A program made the position numbers and the translations under genes. Shown one piece after another: positions 61,391 through 64,000 of a stretch of DNA of 64,000 bases. Each line of letters opens with the position of its first letter. Positions within the stretch are counted from its first letter, which is position 1. The stretch is taken from assembly GCA_938045545.1 (NCBI GenBank), contig CALIBN010000015.1:20962-84961 (forward strand), written 5' to 3'. The notes under the pieces are model-generated. The model made no database searches. It worked only from the letters and a program-made list of their open reading frames with translations, and had not been told where the DNA came from. This DNA is from an uncultured archaeon. GTDB lineage: Archaea > Thermoproteota > EX4484-205 > JAAOZP01.

Positions 61391-62314
61391 TTGAGCACGT
61401 TACCTCTTCGAACTTTGGGACGGACCGGCTTTAAGGTTACGGCTTTAGGCCTGGGTGGAGCATGGCTGGGGTGGACCCCGAACGGGGTACGTAAGGACCT
61501 AGCTACCGCAACCGTCCTCAGGGCTTTGCAATCCGGAATCAACATGATCGATACATATAATCATAACGAGGGACTAGTCGGAGAAGCATTGGAGGGTTGG
61601 TTCCAGCGTGGTAGGCGAAGGGATGAACTCGTAATCTGCAGCAAGGTGGACTCCCCCGATTTCCCCGCCGAGAAAACACTTCGTCGCGTAAAACGGAGCA
61701 TGGAAAACCTCAGAACGGATTACGTCGACATCGTCCTCATCCATGACCCCGAGAGCATGGAGCCGATTTTCGCGCCAAACGGCACGCTGAGCGCCTTAAA
61801 GAGATTGAAATCGGAGGGCATCATTAGGGCCATTGGCCTGGGTGTCCGTTCGCATGACTTCCTCTGTCAAGCCATAGAGAGCGGGGAGTTCGACGTCGTG
61901 CTAACCCACCTGGATTTTAACCTACTGAACCAGAGCGCAGCGGTCAGGGTTCTGCCGCTGGCCGCCAAGCATAACGTTGGCGTTATCAATGGGTCGCCGC
62001 TCGCTATGGGGTTGCTTACGGATGAAGATCCGTTTATCGCTGCACAACGCAGGAACATTCCCCCTAATGACGAAAGAGTTCGTAAAGCCAGGGCCCTTTG
62101 GGAATGGGCTAGAGACCAGGGTCTTAGCCTGTTGGCTACTAGCCTTCGTTTCTGCCTCCTTGAGGAGCGCATTTCAACAACACTCGTCGGAGCCTCTTTC
62201 CCCGAACACGTGGACGAAGCCGTTTCCGCGCTGACGGTTGAGATCTCCCCGAAGGCTTGGGACGAGCTCCATGAACGCTTCGGAATCTTCATTCCAGGCC
62301 GTGGCCGTCAATGA
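61391..62314 (+). CDS. Aldo/keto reductase (aldose 1-dehydrogenase-like)
   Basis: RTLGRTG, LGLGG, GINMIDT, SK, VLIHDP, IGLG, SPLAMGLL. Confidence 0.85.
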   Translation: MSTLPLRTLGRTGFKVTALGLGGAWLGWTPNGVRKDLATATVLRALQSGINMIDTYNHNEGLVGEALEGWFQRGRRRDELVICSKVDSPDFPAEKTLRRVKRSMENLRTDYVDIVLIHDPESMEPIFAPNGTLSALKRLKSEGIIRAIGLGVRSHDFLCQAIESGEFDVVLTHLDFNLLNQSAAVRVLPLAAKHNVGVINGSPLAMGLLTDEDPFIAAQRRNIPPNDERVRKARALWEWARDQGLSLLATSLRFCLLEERISTTLVGASFPEHVDEAVSALTVEISPKAWDELHERFGIFIPGRGRQ

Positions 62315-62342
62315 GACGGGGAAAGGGATGGACTTTGGTTTG

Positions 62343-62615
62343 CTAAGAGAGCGAACTAATATCGGCCATCAAGAAGGCTGCTATCAAGAAAATGCCGAGG
62401 ATCAAAAGGACAGTGACTATTGTGGGTATTCTTACAGGCGTCCCAGCGGTCGACCCTAACGTTACCGTGATCTCGTTTCTTAGGGGATGAAATATTATCT
62501 CCCATGACGAACCTTCCACCATAGGATAGTACAGGAAGAACAAGAGAAGGTAGCAGAGAATCCCCATCCCTGCTATCCCTTCGAGGAGCTAAACCTTTAG
62601 GGAGCCCGTTTCCAT
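62343..62615 (-). pseudogene. Small membrane protein remnant
   Basis: Two hydrophobic segments; upstream in-frame ATG separated by a TAG. Confidence 0.3.
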
Positions 62616-62748
62616 TCTTTCATTCTACTCTTCCTAAATTTAAATTTTTGTCAACCTCAATATGACGGTTCGATTGAAAACAATTTTTTAATGAAAAAAG
62701 AAGAATCTGAGATGTTTCTGTTATCCTTGTAACCCAGAAACGCTTAAG

Positions 62749-64000
62749 TTAGAAAACCGCGCTCGGCGGGGGCAGTTCGCGACGGATCTCGTGCAAACGG
62801 TATCCGAAGCCAGGGCCTCTGATAGTCGAAAGGTCCACTTGCCCATTGCGCCGCCGATAAAGGCCGGGGTGCACAGTTTCTTCGGGTAGTGAAGCGGCAG
62901 GGTAGAATTGCATGGCGTTGGTCTCCACGCCCATAATGGTTCCCGCATGGGCAGCTAGGAGGACATGAGGGATCTGGGCCAGCATGGGGTTGGTCAGGTC
63001 CTGCACCATGAGCATCATACCATGTGCCTTGGCCCAGCAGAGGCTCAATAACGCTCCGGTCTGAGTCTTACAAGTTTTTAGCGCCACCCCAGTCCAGCCG
63101 AGCTTCCTACCAAAACGGATCAGTCGCCAATCATGGGCGCTCTCATCCAGGAAGAGGGGTTTGCGGGCTGAAACGCTATGCACGTCGATCTGGTTCCGTT
63201 CAAGGTCGTAAGGGAAGGGTTGCTCTACGTAAAGGATCATCCCATAGATACGGGGATGCTCCTCGCGCAGGTGGTCCAGAATATCGTTAACATAAGCCGG
63301 GTCAGTAACAGTACAGTTGAAATCGGCAGCCAACCAATAGACGTCCTTACGTAAGGCGATCTGGCCCACCTGCACAAGCCGGGAATAATCCCATGAAGCA
63401 TCGTTGCCACGCAGCTTCACCTTGAGGCATTTCAACCCATCGCGGTCAATCCAGTCCTCTAGGAGCACCGGATATCCGTCGTTCGGCTCATCCCCCTTCA
63501 GGTCAGCCGAGACGAGGGGGTCTAGGCCGCCGACGAGGTGCCAGGCGAGGAGCTTGTCCCTTCGAGGGAAGACTAGGTAATCCCTGGGATATTTGCCTTG
63601 GAAGGAGATATTCGTGTCCTCGGCCGGCTCCAAGTAATGACTGAGGTCGTAGCTCATGAAAGGCGAGCCGTAGAGCTCGTATATCGGCCGGCGGTGAAGT
63701 ACGCCGTAAGCGTCGTGAAGGGCTATGTCGAAAGCTGAGCAACAGACAAGCGCGGCCAGCCAGGGCATTGGCTCGCTATCGGCCCGTTTGACGTTTATTC
63801 CTTTCCAGAGTTTTGGCAGGACTTCCACCTGGAAGAGGTGCCCCACCTCTATGGGGTGGCCCCATTCCCTGAAGGAGGCCCAGGCCTCTGTCAGCATTAT
63901 GCAAAACTGCTTAAGCGTCTCGTGGCGCTCCTCGTAGGAGATTCTGCTCGGCCAAGCCCACTGCACGCTCAGGGGCGTTTCACCCCAGCCCTCGGCGACG
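62749..64000 (-). CDS. Mandelate racemase/MLE enolase-superfamily protein, 5' end beyond window
   Basis: GWGETPLSVQW, DIALHDA, WHLVGG, LKVKL, ADFN, VEQP, LDES, ALKTCK, QDLTNP. Confidence 0.85.
   Translation of the reverse strand, partial: VAEGWGETPLSVQWAWPSRISYEERHETLKQFCIMLTEAWASFREWGHPIEVGHLFQVEVLPKLWKGINVKRADSEPMPWLAALVCCSAFDIALHDAYGVLHRRPIYELYGSPFMSYDLSHYLEPAEDTNISFQGKYPRDYLVFPRRDKLLAWHLVGGLDPLVSADLKGDEPNDGYPVLLEDWIDRDGLKCLKVKLRGNDASWDYSRLVQVGQIALRKDVYWLAADFNCTVTDPAYVNDILDHLREEHPRIYGMILYVEQPFPYDLERNQIDVHSVSARKPLFLDESAHDWRLIRFGRKLGWTGVALKTCKTQTGALLSLCWAKAHGMMLMVQDLTNPMLAQIPHVLLAAHAGTIMGVETNAMQFYPAASLPEETVHPGLYRRRNGQVDLSTIRGPGFGYRLHEIRRELPPPSAVF

Noticed and set aside
1-64000. Genome-wide TAG (pyrrolysine) or TGA recoding
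   Set aside because: Full-length conserved genes (fhs, mtrH, folD) end at TAG at their expected C-termini, and pseudogene lesions are mostly frameshifts or TAA.

Overview
A 64-kb window from an archaeal genome. Evidence: GGTGA-type SD sites, TATA-like boxes about 25 nt ahead of apparently leaderless TTG/GTG/ATG starts, Trm14, HEPN-MNT, a paREP-like remnant and a MoaD/SAMP-like protein. The gene content resembles anaerobic Thermoproteota such as Brockarchaeota or Bathyarchaeia (inference). Layout: (1) 0.7-9.2 kb, a bacterial-style tetrahydrofolate C1 cluster (MetF-like, Fhs, MtrH/MtgA-like, PurN, FolD, a 5-formyl-THF cyclo-ligase fused to an ECF S-component, FolC), followed by an orphan two-repeat CRISPR-like unit. 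(2) 10-18.5 kb, small genes, a HEPN-MNT pair and many pseudogenes. (3) 18.6-23.5 kb, an SPFH/zinc-ribbon membrane cluster. (4) 26.8-29.1 kb, a winged-helix plus AAA+ ATPase/nuclease-fold pair. (5) 30-44.5 kb, arrestin-like protein, GH32, C69 peptidase, radical SAM, three UroD/MtaA-family genes and a GxGYxYP hydrolase. (6) 44.6-48.8 kb, a tight pta-ackA-(GlmU-like)-acpP-acpS operon. This is the most unusual system here, because ACP/AcpS are not normal archaeal components and no fatty-acid synthase genes accompany them. (7) 50.7-64 kb, a sugar-catabolism block that is GC-richer from about 53.3 kb. No rRNA, tRNA, cas or transposase genes were recognised. All calls come from motif recognition by eye; no searches were run.
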